This document shows positions 8,685-17,527 of a stretch of 64,000 bases of DNA, piece after piece. How positions within the stretch are numbered: the first letter of the stretch is position 1; every line of letters begins with the position of its first letter. The position numbers were made by a program, and so were the translations under genes. The notes under the pieces are model-generated. The model was given only the letters and a program-made list of their open reading frames with translations, was not told the origin of the DNA and ran no database searches. The DNA comes from an uncultured Acidobacteriota bacterium. Its GTDB lineage: Bacteria; Acidobacteriota; Vicinamibacteria; Vicinamibacterales; UBA8438. The DNA lies in assembly GCA_913043225.1 (NCBI GenBank), contig CAJWLU010000005.1, positions 64,001 to 128,000 of the forward strand, read 5' to 3'.

Positions 8685-10457
8685 TCAGTGCAGGGGCCAG
8701 AACCAGGGCACTAAGACGATCGTCGCCAGCACCACCAGGACAACCAGCGGTGCACCTAGCCGGGCAAAATCACCGAAGCGGTAGCCACCCGGCCCATACA
8801 CCATCAGGTTGGTCTGGTACGACAGAGGAGTCAGAAACGACGCCGAGGCCGCCAGGGCGACCGCCACCGCGAACGCGCGGACATTCAGTTCGAGCTCAGT
8901 GGCCGCCGACATCGCGATCGGGAACATCAGCACCGCCGCAGCGTTGTTCGTGATCAGGCTCTTCAGCAGCACCGTGGTCAGCACGATGCCGACAAGCCCG
9001 CCAGACGCGCCGAGCGTTCCGAATACACCGTCGATCAGCTGTGCCACGTCTGCCGCGAGCCCCGAAGTCTCAAGGGCAGCTGCCAGTCCGAACGCGCCTG
9101 CGATCACCAGGATAACGTCGAGGTCGATGGCCCCCTTCGCTTCCGACGGAGTCAGCACGCCGCTCATCACCAGCACCAAGGCGCCCACCAGCGCGGCGCT
9201 CAAGACCGGCAGCAACCCGACGGCTGCCGACACGACGACCCCAGCCCCCACCAACGCCACAATCCAGGCCTTCCGTCCCACCGCCGGCGGCACTCCGCCT
9301 AAGCGTGACACCAGCAGGAACGCGCTCCGATCGCGCCACCTGTCCCGGAAGCCAGGATCGGACAGGATAAGCAGCGTATCCTCCGCCTTCAGGCCGATAC
9401 CGCCCAGCTTGGCGTCGATCCGGCGCCCGGCCCGGTGTATGGCTACCACCGCGGCCTGATACTGCGCCCGAAACCCCGCTTCTTTCAGCGAGCGGCCGAC
9501 CAGCGGCGAAGAGGGCCCGAGCACCGCCTCGAAGAAGGTGTGCCGGACTGTGTCGAATTCTTGCACGTGCTTGTGTTCGGCCGAGACCAGACCGCGGATG
9601 GCATGCAGGTCCACGACCACATCGGCGCGCCCCACGAACGTCAGCTCATCCCCGCCGCGGAGTACCGTGTGCGGGCCAACCGGCGCGATGACCTCGCCCT
9701 GTCGGTCAATCTCAATAAGAAACACGCCCGCCAAATTTCTCAGCCGCCCCGCCTCGACCGAACGACCATCGAGCGCCCCGTCGGCCGCCACGATCATCCG
9801 GACCACAAATTCACGGAAACCGTCGCTCAGGTCGGCCTGCGCCGGATGCCGCTCGGGAAGCAGCCGTGGCGACAGCAGAATCAGTAGCCCCACTCCAACC
9901 ACGGCAACCGGGAGCCCTACCGGGGTCAATTCGAACATGGTCAAAGGTGGTTCACCAGCATCGATCAGCAAACCCGATACGACGAGATTCGTCGAAGTGC
10001 CGATCAGCGTGACCATTCCACCCAGGATGGCGGCGAACGATAGCGGCATCAGAAATCTCGAAGGCGAAAGGCCGGTACGCTGGGCCCAGTTCTCCACCTG
10101 AGGAGCCAACATCGCCACGATCGGCGTGTTATTGAGCAAGCTTGACATGGCGGCGGCCGGTATTAGCAGCCGCGCCAACCCAGCGCTTCGCCCGTCGCCA
10201 GCCCCCAGAGTGCCGGCCACCAGCGGTTGCAGCGCTCCGGTCTTCTCCACGGCGCGTGCCAGCACGTACAGCGCGGCCACCGTGATCGGTGCCGGATTCG
10301 ACAGTCCGGCGAACGCCTCGGCCGGCGTGATGACACCTGCCACCAGCAATACGATCACGCCGGTAAGCACCGTCGCCGATGGCGCCGCCAGCTCGCGCGC
10401 CAGGGCCCAGACCATTACAGCCAGCACCACGAACGTCAGCAAAGCGTCCAAACTCAT
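8685..10457 (-). CDS. SLC13/DASS family permease with two TrkA-C (RCK-C) domains
   Basis: Hydrophobic N- and C-terminal halves; NNTPIV, TLIGTSTN, ITNNAAAV, FLTPLSYQTNLMVYGPGGYRF; central TrkA-C repeats. Confidence 0.9.
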   Translation of the reverse strand: MSLDALLTFVVLAVMVWALARELAAPSATVLTGVIVLLVAGVITPAEAFAGLSNPAPITVAALYVLARAVEKTGALQPLVAGTLGAGDGRSAGLARLLIPAAAMSSLLNNTPIVAMLAPQVENWAQRTGLSPSRFLMPLSFAAILGGMVTLIGTSTNLVVSGLLIDAGEPPLTMFELTPVGLPVAVVGVGLLILLSPRLLPERHPAQADLSDGFREFVVRMIVAADGALDGRSVEAGRLRNLAGVFLIEIDRQGEVIAPVGPHTVLRGGDELTFVGRADVVVDLHAIRGLVSAEHKHVQEFDTVRHTFFEAVLGPSSPLVGRSLKEAGFRAQYQAAVVAIHRAGRRIDAKLGGIGLKAEDTLLILSDPGFRDRWRDRSAFLLVSRLGGVPPAVGRKAWIVALVGAGVVVSAAVGLLPVLSAALVGALVLVMSGVLTPSEAKGAIDLDVILVIAGAFGLAAALETSGLAADVAQLIDGVFGTLGASGGLVGIVLTTVLLKSLITNNAAAVLMFPIAMSAATELELNVRAFAVAVALAASASFLTPLSYQTNLMVYGPGGYRFGDFARLGAPLVVLVVLATIVLVPWFWPLH

Positions 10458-10564
10458 GCCGATCTCGCCCTTTTCATCCGATCGATCCTACTAGAGTGCT
10501 TCCAACTCCGCCGCCGTGGCCTGCGCGACAGCCGACTATACTGTCGCTGCTGAGCACTTTCCGT

Positions 10565-10957
10565 ATGACACGCGCCGGACTGCTCCTCGTGATCCTGTTG
10601 CTCGCGACCGCACAGCCGAGCGACACCGGTCTCGCCCGACAAACCGAGGGCGCAGGCACCCAACTGGTGCGCACTTGCCGACTCTACTTCGAGTTTCTCG
10701 GACGAACAGGGGCCGGACGTGAGGAGGCGTTCGACCGAAGCCCGTTCGGGATGGGATACTGCGCTGGCCTCGTACGCGGCGTTACCGATGTCGCCCGTAC
10801 CCGGATGGAAGGTCGCCTCTGTATCCCTGAGGTCACCACTGAGGCGGAAGCGGTCTGGGTGGTCGTGCACTATCTGGAAAACAACCAGATCGCTCAGCCG
10901 GAGCGCGACACCGACCTGGTTTTGCGGGCCCTGGAGAACACCTACCGATGCCGCTGA
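10565..10957 (+). CDS. Rap1a/Tai4-type immunity-like periplasmic protein
   Basis: Signal peptide; pattern GTQLVRTC...YCAGLVRGVTD...LCIP...VVVHYLENN...LVLRALENTYRC fits the four-Cys Rap1a family. TATACT lies upstream. Confidence 0.7.
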   Translation: MTRAGLLLVILLLATAQPSDTGLARQTEGAGTQLVRTCRLYFEFLGRTGAGREEAFDRSPFGMGYCAGLVRGVTDVARTRMEGRLCIPEVTTEAEAVWVVVHYLENNQIAQPERDTDLVLRALENTYRCR

Positions 10958-11562
10958 GCTGCCCTCGCGCGCTCAGCGCTCAGTCCGTCGTCATCGCGAT
11001 CCTGCTGCTGGTGCCGCTGGCCGTCCCCGGTTGCCGGCAACCCGGCACTACTGCCAGCCCGGCCGCATCGCCGGACGACGAGACACGCTTTCAACCCACC
11101 GCGACGGTCGAGGATCTGATGCGGAGCCTCATCGACCCGGCAGCCGACGCAATCTGGGACGCCGTGGTGATCAGGTCAACCTTAGACGGTCTGGATGAAC
11201 AGCGGCCGGAAACCGACGAGGACTGGGCCGCGCTCGAACGAAGCGCCTTGCATCTTGTGGAGGCGGGGAATCTGCTACGGATCGAAGGCCGAGCGATTGC
11301 CGGCCCTGAGTCGGTCTCGGAGATGCCTGGCATCGACCTGGATCCGGACGCCATCGCATTGCTCGTGGCGGCCAATGCCGACTCGTGGGGACGGTCCGCA
11401 CGAGAGATTCATGACGTCGGGGTGCTGCTGCTCGCCGCCACCCGGGCAAGAGATGTCGACGCCCTCCTCAAAGGCGGCAGCCGGCTACAGGTCGCGTGTG
11501 AGTCGTGTCACTCCCGCTTCTGGTACCCGCCTATGCCATCTACCGGTGAGGACGAACCGTAG
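10948..11562 (+). CDS. Class II (cytochrome c'-like) monoheme cytochrome, probable lipoprotein
   Basis: Lipobox-like AVPGC; helical sequence with a C-terminal ACESCH heme motif; overlaps the upstream gene by 10 nt. Confidence 0.75.
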   Translation: MPLSCPRALSAQSVVIAILLLVPLAVPGCRQPGTTASPAASPDDETRFQPTATVEDLMRSLIDPAADAIWDAVVIRSTLDGLDEQRPETDEDWAALERSALHLVEAGNLLRIEGRAIAGPESVSEMPGIDLDPDAIALLVAANADSWGRSAREIHDVGVLLLAATRARDVDALLKGGSRLQVACESCHSRFWYPPMPSTGEDEP

Positions 11563-11585
11563 TCCGGCTGACCTTCCTGGCTAGC

Positions 11586-11966
11586 CTACGGCCGGATGGG
11601 CGAGCCATCGGGTCGGGTCAGCTCGGCGCAGCAAATCCCGTAGGTCCCCGGCGCCCGCGACGGCTGTCCCACCACACGGATCTCGTCACCGGCCCTGATC
11701 GTGTCTGACGTCCAACCGCGACGCGTCATCATCACCGCCGTGCCCATCTCGACTTCCCAACCCACCACGTCGCCATTGGCGGTCGGCGCATCGAGATACA
11801 CGAACGAGTGGGGGTTCCGGAACACGAATTCGGTAACGGTGCCCACCGCCTCAACCTGCTTTTCAGGATCGTAGAAGGGCGCGCTTGCGTGATGGGCACC
11901 TGCGGGCACGTTGGTCACCAGCACCGCTCCAAGCAAACCTGCCGTCGTCCAGAGTAGAGTTCTCAC
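11586..11966 (-). CDS. DUF6152-like secreted protein
   Basis: GTG after AAGGAG; signal peptide followed by AHHAS..FYD; GTVTEFVFRNPH, W.VE, GW....I.AGD.I.V.G. Confidence 0.7.
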   Translation of the reverse strand: MRTLLWTTAGLLGAVLVTNVPAGAHHASAPFYDPEKQVEAVGTVTEFVFRNPHSFVYLDAPTANGDVVGWEVEMGTAVMMTRRGWTSDTIRAGDEIRVVGQPSRAPGTYGICCAELTRPDGSPIRP

Positions 11967-12008
11967 ACCGTTTCTCCTTGCTTGCAGATCAAGGCCGCAC
12001 ATCTCCCT

Positions 12009-12776
12009 TTACTGGTACTTCGGTATCAGAAACTTCCGCGGATGTCCCGCCTCGAATGGGTCGCAGTTGTAGGCTTGGAGCTTGTAGCCGTCAGGCGCCG
12101 GCTGCCACCGCGTGGTATATGACGCCGGCTCCCGCAGAAACATCGGGTCCTCGACCGTCAGCGTCAGGTTCAGATGCTCACCGTCTCGCCAGTACCGCTC
12201 AGTTAGTTTCTTCTGCTGGGAGGAGGGAATTCCGTTGTAGTCGTCGAACCCGGTGATGTCGAACACGAAGTTCGTGGTCTCCACGATGAGCGCGCCCTCT
12301 TCGTAGCGCCCCACCGAAAAACCTTGGACCGTGAACTCAATCGGCGACGGCTCACGACCATCGAGCCAGACCGTCCGAATCTGGTCGTCCTTCTCGTAGC
12401 GAAAGAGCACCCTATCCGGCCACTGGGTCACTTCCATCATGTAGGGGTCGTACTGAATGGCGGGCGAGGCTGACGGCACGCAGTCGTATTTCGGAGCGAT
12501 CGCCTCGTCGAACGCGGCCTGGTACGCCTCGGCTCGCTCGTTGAGAATCGGGAAATTCTCACCCGGCACCCATGGCATGTTGGGTCCATTGACCCGTCGC
12601 ACAGCCGGTCCACCGTCCCAGACCCCGACAAGATCGGGCACCTCTACCGAGGCGTCCTGCGCCTCCGCTGGCGCGGCCACCCCACTCCCGAGCGCGACAA
12701 GCAGCCCGCCGACGATCCAAGAAGACCGCCATACGGAGACGACCGCTCGACGACTGTCAGGTCTGTGCATGCTCAC
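12009..12776 (-). CDS. Conserved secreted hypothetical protein (distant relative of the 'YACHE' family)
   Basis: GAGGAG RBS; PDLVGVW, YDCVP, GFSVGRYEEGALIVETT, LTERYW, VEDP, YNCDP. Confidence 0.75.
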   Translation of the reverse strand: MSMHRPDSRRAVVSVWRSSWIVGGLLVALGSGVAAPAEAQDASVEVPDLVGVWDGGPAVRRVNGPNMPWVPGENFPILNERAEAYQAAFDEAIAPKYDCVPSASPAIQYDPYMMEVTQWPDRVLFRYEKDDQIRTVWLDGREPSPIEFTVQGFSVGRYEEGALIVETTNFVFDITGFDDYNGIPSSQQKKLTERYWRDGEHLNLTLTVEDPMFLREPASYTTRWQPAPDGYKLQAYNCDPFEAGHPRKFLIPKYQ

Positions 12777-12846
12777 TCTCCTCGTCGATCCGGGGGGCCA
12801 ACCGTCGCCAGCCCGAAGTTCAAGGGATTCTACCTCGCCTCCCAGC

Positions 12847-13731
12847 TCATCGGGCCCGTCTCCAAACCCGATTCCACCACATCAGACCACCAGTGACGAA
12901 CATGACTGGCGGCACGAGGCCTATGACGGCCCAGAGCAACTTCGACCACTCCCCGAATCGACCAAAGTGCAGACGTGTAAACCACAGGAGGACGTTGTCT
13001 CCAGTGCGCGGGTCGAAGTTGTCCTCCTCGAACGGCTCCAAATAGTCGACCACGGCACCGAACGGCTCGGGGAAAGCGAGGTAGATCCCGGTAAAGCCCC
13101 ACATGACAATGAAGAACAGCGTCCAGAACCCGAGCGCGCTATGGAGCGACCAGTTCAATCGTCGCCAATTCGAACGCCAGTCGACAACTAGACCGTTACT
13201 CCAGGTCTTCACCCCGGGCCACCAGATGACCGCACCTGTCACCCCGAGCAGGAGCAGCAGGATCGCGCCCACGCCGTTGACCGAGCGACCGGTGTCCCCA
13301 GCCAGCAGATTGTCGTGCAAATCGAGCAGCCAGGTGGTCAGGCGCCACCCCCACGGCAACGCATGCCCCAAGTACTCGCCTGTATATGGATCGAAGAACA
13401 GCTGGCTCCGTTCCCCAGAAGGCCCGACCGACATAGTCACGGCGAGCCCGGGCTCGTCGGGCTCGGTCCAGACCTCCACCGGCACATCGGGAAACAGTGC
13501 CTCGGTGGCGGCGACCAGTTCCTCGCCGCTTAGCCTGGCACCGGCCACCGCGACCGGGAGGGGCTGCGGGTTGAAGTACTGGCGCAGCTCACTGCGATAC
13601 ACAAGGATACTGCCGGTCAGGCTGATCACGACGACGTAAAGACCGACCGCCAGTCCGCTCCACAAGTGGACCTGGAACAGCGCGCGCCTGAGCCACATCT
13701 GCTGCGGCTGCCGCCACCAACTACTGACCAT
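12847..13731 (-). CDS. PepSY-associated TM helix domain protein
   Basis: FQVHLWSGL..SLTGSILVY, FDPYTGEYLG, LLDLHDNLL, TGAVIWWP, WSLHSALG, LHFG, TGGLMWW; conserved membrane His residues. Confidence 0.9.
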   Translation of the reverse strand: MVSSWWRQPQQMWLRRALFQVHLWSGLAVGLYVVVISLTGSILVYRSELRQYFNPQPLPVAVAGARLSGEELVAATEALFPDVPVEVWTEPDEPGLAVTMSVGPSGERSQLFFDPYTGEYLGHALPWGWRLTTWLLDLHDNLLAGDTGRSVNGVGAILLLLLGVTGAVIWWPGVKTWSNGLVVDWRSNWRRLNWSLHSALGFWTLFFIVMWGFTGIYLAFPEPFGAVVDYLEPFEEDNFDPRTGDNVLLWFTRLHFGRFGEWSKLLWAVIGLVPPVMFVTGGLMWWNRVWRRAR

Positions 13732-14710
13732 CGCACCCTCGTCCCGACGCCGACACATCGAGAGTATCCGACTGCGTCGGAGTCTCGAGATCTTGAAGCC
13801 GCTGGCTCAGGTACTCGGCGATCGCACCCATTCCCGACCGTCCGTCGACCGCCTCGGCCGCGGAGTTGTAGTTCGTGTTGGTGTTGATGTCGTAGGTATA
13901 GGCGACCCCGTCCCGGTCGACGATGAACTCGACACCGGCAATCTGGGTGTCGTGCATCGCGAGCACGCGTGCGTACCGCTCGACCAGAGGATGCTCGAAC
14001 CGGTCGATGATGGTGAACATCGCGCGATTCTCGCCGTCTGTCGGACAGAAGGCGTCGTCCACCCGACACGCGTCAGCGGGACACAGCTCGAACCCCTGGC
14101 TGGTATCCACCTGCACGGCGTAGAGCAGCTCTCCCCCCACGAACTCCACCCGCGTGATCGTCGGGTCGGGCGACTCCACGTATTGCTGCAACAGGGTGAG
14201 CCCGTCGACCGACGGCTCGAACTCGTCACTCTCGACGTAGGCATCCAGCGCCATGCGCTCACGGAACAGTCGCACGCCCAAGCCCTTGCCGGCTCGATTG
14301 TGCTTGGTGATAAACGGCGTCGGGAAGCTGGCCGCGGCCCGCCTGAGCTCCTCGCGTCCCACCACTGCCAGCGTGCGCGGGGTCAGCACCCCGAGTGCGT
14401 CGAGCGCCTGGTACTGCGCGACCTTGCTCACCTCGAGTCGCAACGCCCGAGTACCGTTGACCACCGGGCGCTCATGCCGCTCGAGCCACGCCAGCACCGC
14501 CGCTGTATGCTCCGGCGCGTACCGATGCCCCCGCGTGTGCGAAGAGGCACTCATCCGGTTGTAGAAGATGCCGTCGGGTGGGACCGAGGCCAGGTCCAGC
14601 GTCCCCGTCCCAAGAAACCACTCCTCGAACGGCACCCCACGAGCCTGGAACGCAGACCGGAGTGGACGTACCCACTCATCGTTTTCGTGGATGACGTAGA
14701 CCTTGGCCAT
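13721..14710 (-). CDS. RimK-like ATP-grasp (alpha-L-glutamate ligase family) protein
   Basis: FYNRMSASSHTRGH, SKVAQY, ITKHNRAGKGLGV, LLQQYV, GVEFI, YDINTNTNYN. Confidence 0.85.
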   Translation of the reverse strand: MAKVYVIHENDEWVRPLRSAFQARGVPFEEWFLGTGTLDLASVPPDGIFYNRMSASSHTRGHRYAPEHTAAVLAWLERHERPVVNGTRALRLEVSKVAQYQALDALGVLTPRTLAVVGREELRRAAASFPTPFITKHNRAGKGLGVRLFRERMALDAYVESDEFEPSVDGLTLLQQYVESPDPTITRVEFVGGELLYAVQVDTSQGFELCPADACRVDDAFCPTDGENRAMFTIIDRFEHPLVERYARVLAMHDTQIAGVEFIVDRDGVAYTYDINTNTNYNSAAEAVDGRSGMGAIAEYLSQRLQDLETPTQSDTLDVSASGRGCDGQ

Positions 14711-14723
14711 GCCTACGCCTGGC

Positions 14724-16040
14724 TCAGAAGCGAGGATTGACCACGTTGTTGAAGATCGACCCGAAGGTATAACCAAAACCGACGCGGTACTCGTAGCGAG
14801 AATCGGTCGCGAGCGCTCTCCGTTCGACCAAGATCTCCGCATCAGACAAGTCTGCCTTCGGCAAGTACAGTTGATTCCGAACCAGTGAGCTGCTAGCGCT
14901 CATGAACACGGAAAATCCGCGAACGATCCTGAACGAGAGGTTGCCTGACAACGACACGCTGTACTTATCCAGGTCATCAAGGAACGAGTTGTAGTTGAGC
15001 CGGATCCGACTATCTCCCCAAGGCTGCTCGACATCAAACGTCGTCTCCAACGAGTGCGATGGCACAGTCTCTTCCATCTTCCCGAAAATCGTTTCCTCTT
15101 CGTACTCAAACGCTTGGATACCGGCCTCATAGCGAACGTAGAAAGCCCGCCTGGACGACTCGGAGTAGGGAAAAACATTAAACTCGACACCAGGGAGGAC
15201 TCGCGTTCTGCGCGCCTGATTCCGGAACGTCGATTGGCTTAGTCCTCCCCGAATCGACGCCCCCCAGTGCTCTCCTAAGGTCTTGACGGCCTGGCCGTCC
15301 ATGTTGCTGTTCCGGTTGATGTTTTTGAAGTCACCGTCGCTCAACTCAGTAATGCTCTCCCGATAGGAGGTCTCAGCCCGCAGCCGGAAAATCCATTCCT
15401 CAGTCGTACGATTGGCCGAGACCGACGCATTGAATCTGCGGTTCGTCCGTGAGGACTCGCCCGAGGCCCGTCCATCGGCATTGATCCGAAACACCCAGAA
15501 ATTCCAAGGATCGTCCTCGGGCTGGGCCATCAAGTCGCGTGCTCGACCATTCCCGGCAAGAGCACTGTTGGTGCCGATCTCGATCTCGTAGGCCAGCGGA
15601 GTATCAATGATGTAATGGAGGAACCCGACGCGGAGCACCTGGGCAACACCGGCCCTCGTTTCATCGTCCGTGTCAGTCCGACTCTCCGCGTAGGAGTAAG
15701 TGACGTCACGTCCGTGGAACTCATCCAGGCCAAGGAATTCGAACGAATATTGCTGCCCGCCACCGGTATCCTCATCGGTAACCAGCACGTGCACTTGGGC
15801 ATCACGCCGATCCCGGACGTAGTTAACGAACGTAATTTCACGCCGCAAATAGTTACGATCGCACTCACGACCACAATCAAGAAACACCCGCAGTGCCTGG
15901 GGGCGCTCATCGGTCCGGAGCTCCTGGGAACCGTCATTCGGCTCCTGCGCACCTGCCCCAGCGGCCAATGCCACCAGCAGCGTCACGCCCATCAAACCCT
16001 CTAGTAATGCCTTCGTCAAACGCCTGTCCCGCTTTATCAC
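14724..16040 (-). CDS. Putative outer-membrane beta-barrel protein
   Basis: Signal peptide; N-terminal VFLDC..CD domain; DDPWNFWVF; alternating amphipathic strands; ends GFGYTFGSIFNNVVNPRF with terminal Phe. Confidence 0.7.
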   Translation of the reverse strand: MIKRDRRLTKALLEGLMGVTLLVALAAGAGAQEPNDGSQELRTDERPQALRVFLDCGRECDRNYLRREITFVNYVRDRRDAQVHVLVTDEDTGGGQQYSFEFLGLDEFHGRDVTYSYAESRTDTDDETRAGVAQVLRVGFLHYIIDTPLAYEIEIGTNSALAGNGRARDLMAQPEDDPWNFWVFRINADGRASGESSRTNRRFNASVSANRTTEEWIFRLRAETSYRESITELSDGDFKNINRNSNMDGQAVKTLGEHWGASIRGGLSQSTFRNQARRTRVLPGVEFNVFPYSESSRRAFYVRYEAGIQAFEYEEETIFGKMEETVPSHSLETTFDVEQPWGDSRIRLNYNSFLDDLDKYSVSLSGNLSFRIVRGFSVFMSASSSLVRNQLYLPKADLSDAEILVERRALATDSRYEYRVGFGYTFGSIFNNVVNPRF

Positions 16041-16231
16041 CCACCCACCTCGAAACGCGGCCTAACCCTACGACGCTAAAACAACCGCTCTCACTTCCAT
16101 GTGAGGCCCATTGTCACAGTCTCTCTGGCGCCTAACCATGCGCCGCTTACTCCGACGAAACCAATCAATACAGTATACGGGCACCTCCGCAGAGATATTC
16201 CGGCCGAATCTCGCGACACCCGCCCGTTAAC

Positions 16232-16260
16232 TTGACAGTGTTCCTGCCCGAGGGTACAAG
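16232..16260 (+). promoter_or_regulatory. Putative sigma-70 promoter (TTGACA-N17-TACAAG)
   Basis: Perfect -35, 17-nt spacer and near-consensus -10, about 45 nt upstream of ATG 16304. Confidence 0.55.
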
Positions 16261-16303
16261 AGGAGCCTTGCAACCGACGTATCAGCTACACAAGAGGAGC
16301 ACC

Positions 16304-17452
16304 ATGCGACGAACTCTAATGTTCGGCCTGATCGTGGCCCTGGCTGCGAGCACCGCCACCGCCCAACCGGCGGTGACCCCTGTCGAGCCCTTCAAGGTCG
16401 GTACTTTCGACATCCATGGCGTCCCCCATGTCGTACTAGTCCTTAGGGACTCATATGTCATCGACATTGAGGTTGCCAACATGGTGCTCGAGGCGAATCC
16501 GGCGTACCCGGCCGTACCAAGGCCGGACGACATGCTGGATCTGATTGGCCGCTACGAGTACGGGCTAAAGTACCGTCTGTACGAAATCGTCAACCATACC
16601 GTCAACAACAACCTGTTGACCGGCAGCGGCCGAGCTGACTACGTCTACGACGTGTCCGAGCTCCGGATCCGTCCACCCATCATGTACCCGGGCAAGATCA
16701 TGAACGCGGCAGTGAACTTCTACACCCACGCCTGCGAAGGCTGCACGCAGGAGGAACTGCAGGCACGCACACGCGAGCGTCAGGAAAACCGTGGGGTGCC
16801 ATATCTTTTCCTGAAGCCGAGCCGCGGGGCAGTAATCGGCAGTGGAGATGACGTCGTCATGCCGTTCGGCCGCGACCAGATCGAGTGGGAAGTCGAGATG
16901 GCGATCGTCTTCGGCCGCACCGGCAAGTACATCTCGGCCTCGCGAGCCTATGACCATGTGTTCGGCTACATGGTGGCCATGGACGTCTCCGACCGTGGCG
17001 GCCGTCCGCCCGGCGGCAACGCGACCCGCTCGGACTGGTTCGTGGGCAAGGGTCACGACACCTTCGCGCCACACGGGCCCTGGATCGTTCCGAAAGAATT
17101 CTACGGCGACCCGATGGATCGGCTACACCAGACACTCGTCATCGACGGGGTCACCGTGCAGGAAGCACGTGCCGGCGACATGATCCACAACATCCCGGAG
17201 CTCATCGAGTACGCCTCGTCGCTCATCACCGTGTTCCCTGGCGACGTGCTGCAGAGCGGCACCTCCGGCGGCACCGGCGCGGGACGTGTCGAGCGCGCCA
17301 CCGGTTCGGGGTATCTGCAGGCGGGTGAGACGATCAGCGCCAGTATCGACGGCATCGGCACCCTGACCCACACCGTGGTCGCCGAGGAGAGCATTCCCAA
17401 CGATCTGTCGGGTGCTCAACTGCCACCAACCGCGTCATACCGCGACCGTTAG
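16304..17452 (+). CDS. Fumarylacetoacetate hydrolase family protein with Sec signal peptide
   Basis: GAGGAG RBS; MRRTLMFGLIVALAASTATAQ; PGKIMNAAVNF, PYLFLK, EWEVEMA, DVSDR, GKGHDTFAPHGPWIV, PGDVLQSGT. Confidence 0.9.
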   Translation: MRRTLMFGLIVALAASTATAQPAVTPVEPFKVGTFDIHGVPHVVLVLRDSYVIDIEVANMVLEANPAYPAVPRPDDMLDLIGRYEYGLKYRLYEIVNHTVNNNLLTGSGRADYVYDVSELRIRPPIMYPGKIMNAAVNFYTHACEGCTQEELQARTRERQENRGVPYLFLKPSRGAVIGSGDDVVMPFGRDQIEWEVEMAIVFGRTGKYISASRAYDHVFGYMVAMDVSDRGGRPPGGNATRSDWFVGKGHDTFAPHGPWIVPKEFYGDPMDRLHQTLVIDGVTVQEARAGDMIHNIPELIEYASSLITVFPGDVLQSGTSGGTGAGRVERATGSGYLQAGETISASIDGIGTLTHTVVAEESIPNDLSGAQLPPTASYRDR

Positions 17453-17476
17453 GCGGTACCATCGCCGTTCAACCAT

Positions 17477-17514
17477 GCGCGTCGGCCGCCCCGGGCGCGG
17501 CCGGCGCGTTTTCT
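17477..17514 (+). terminator. Rho-independent terminator
   Basis: GC stem GCGCGTCGGCCGC/GCGGCCGGCGCGT followed by TTTCT, just after the FAH stop. Confidence 0.65.
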
Positions 17515-17527
17515 GCTTCTAGAGCGT

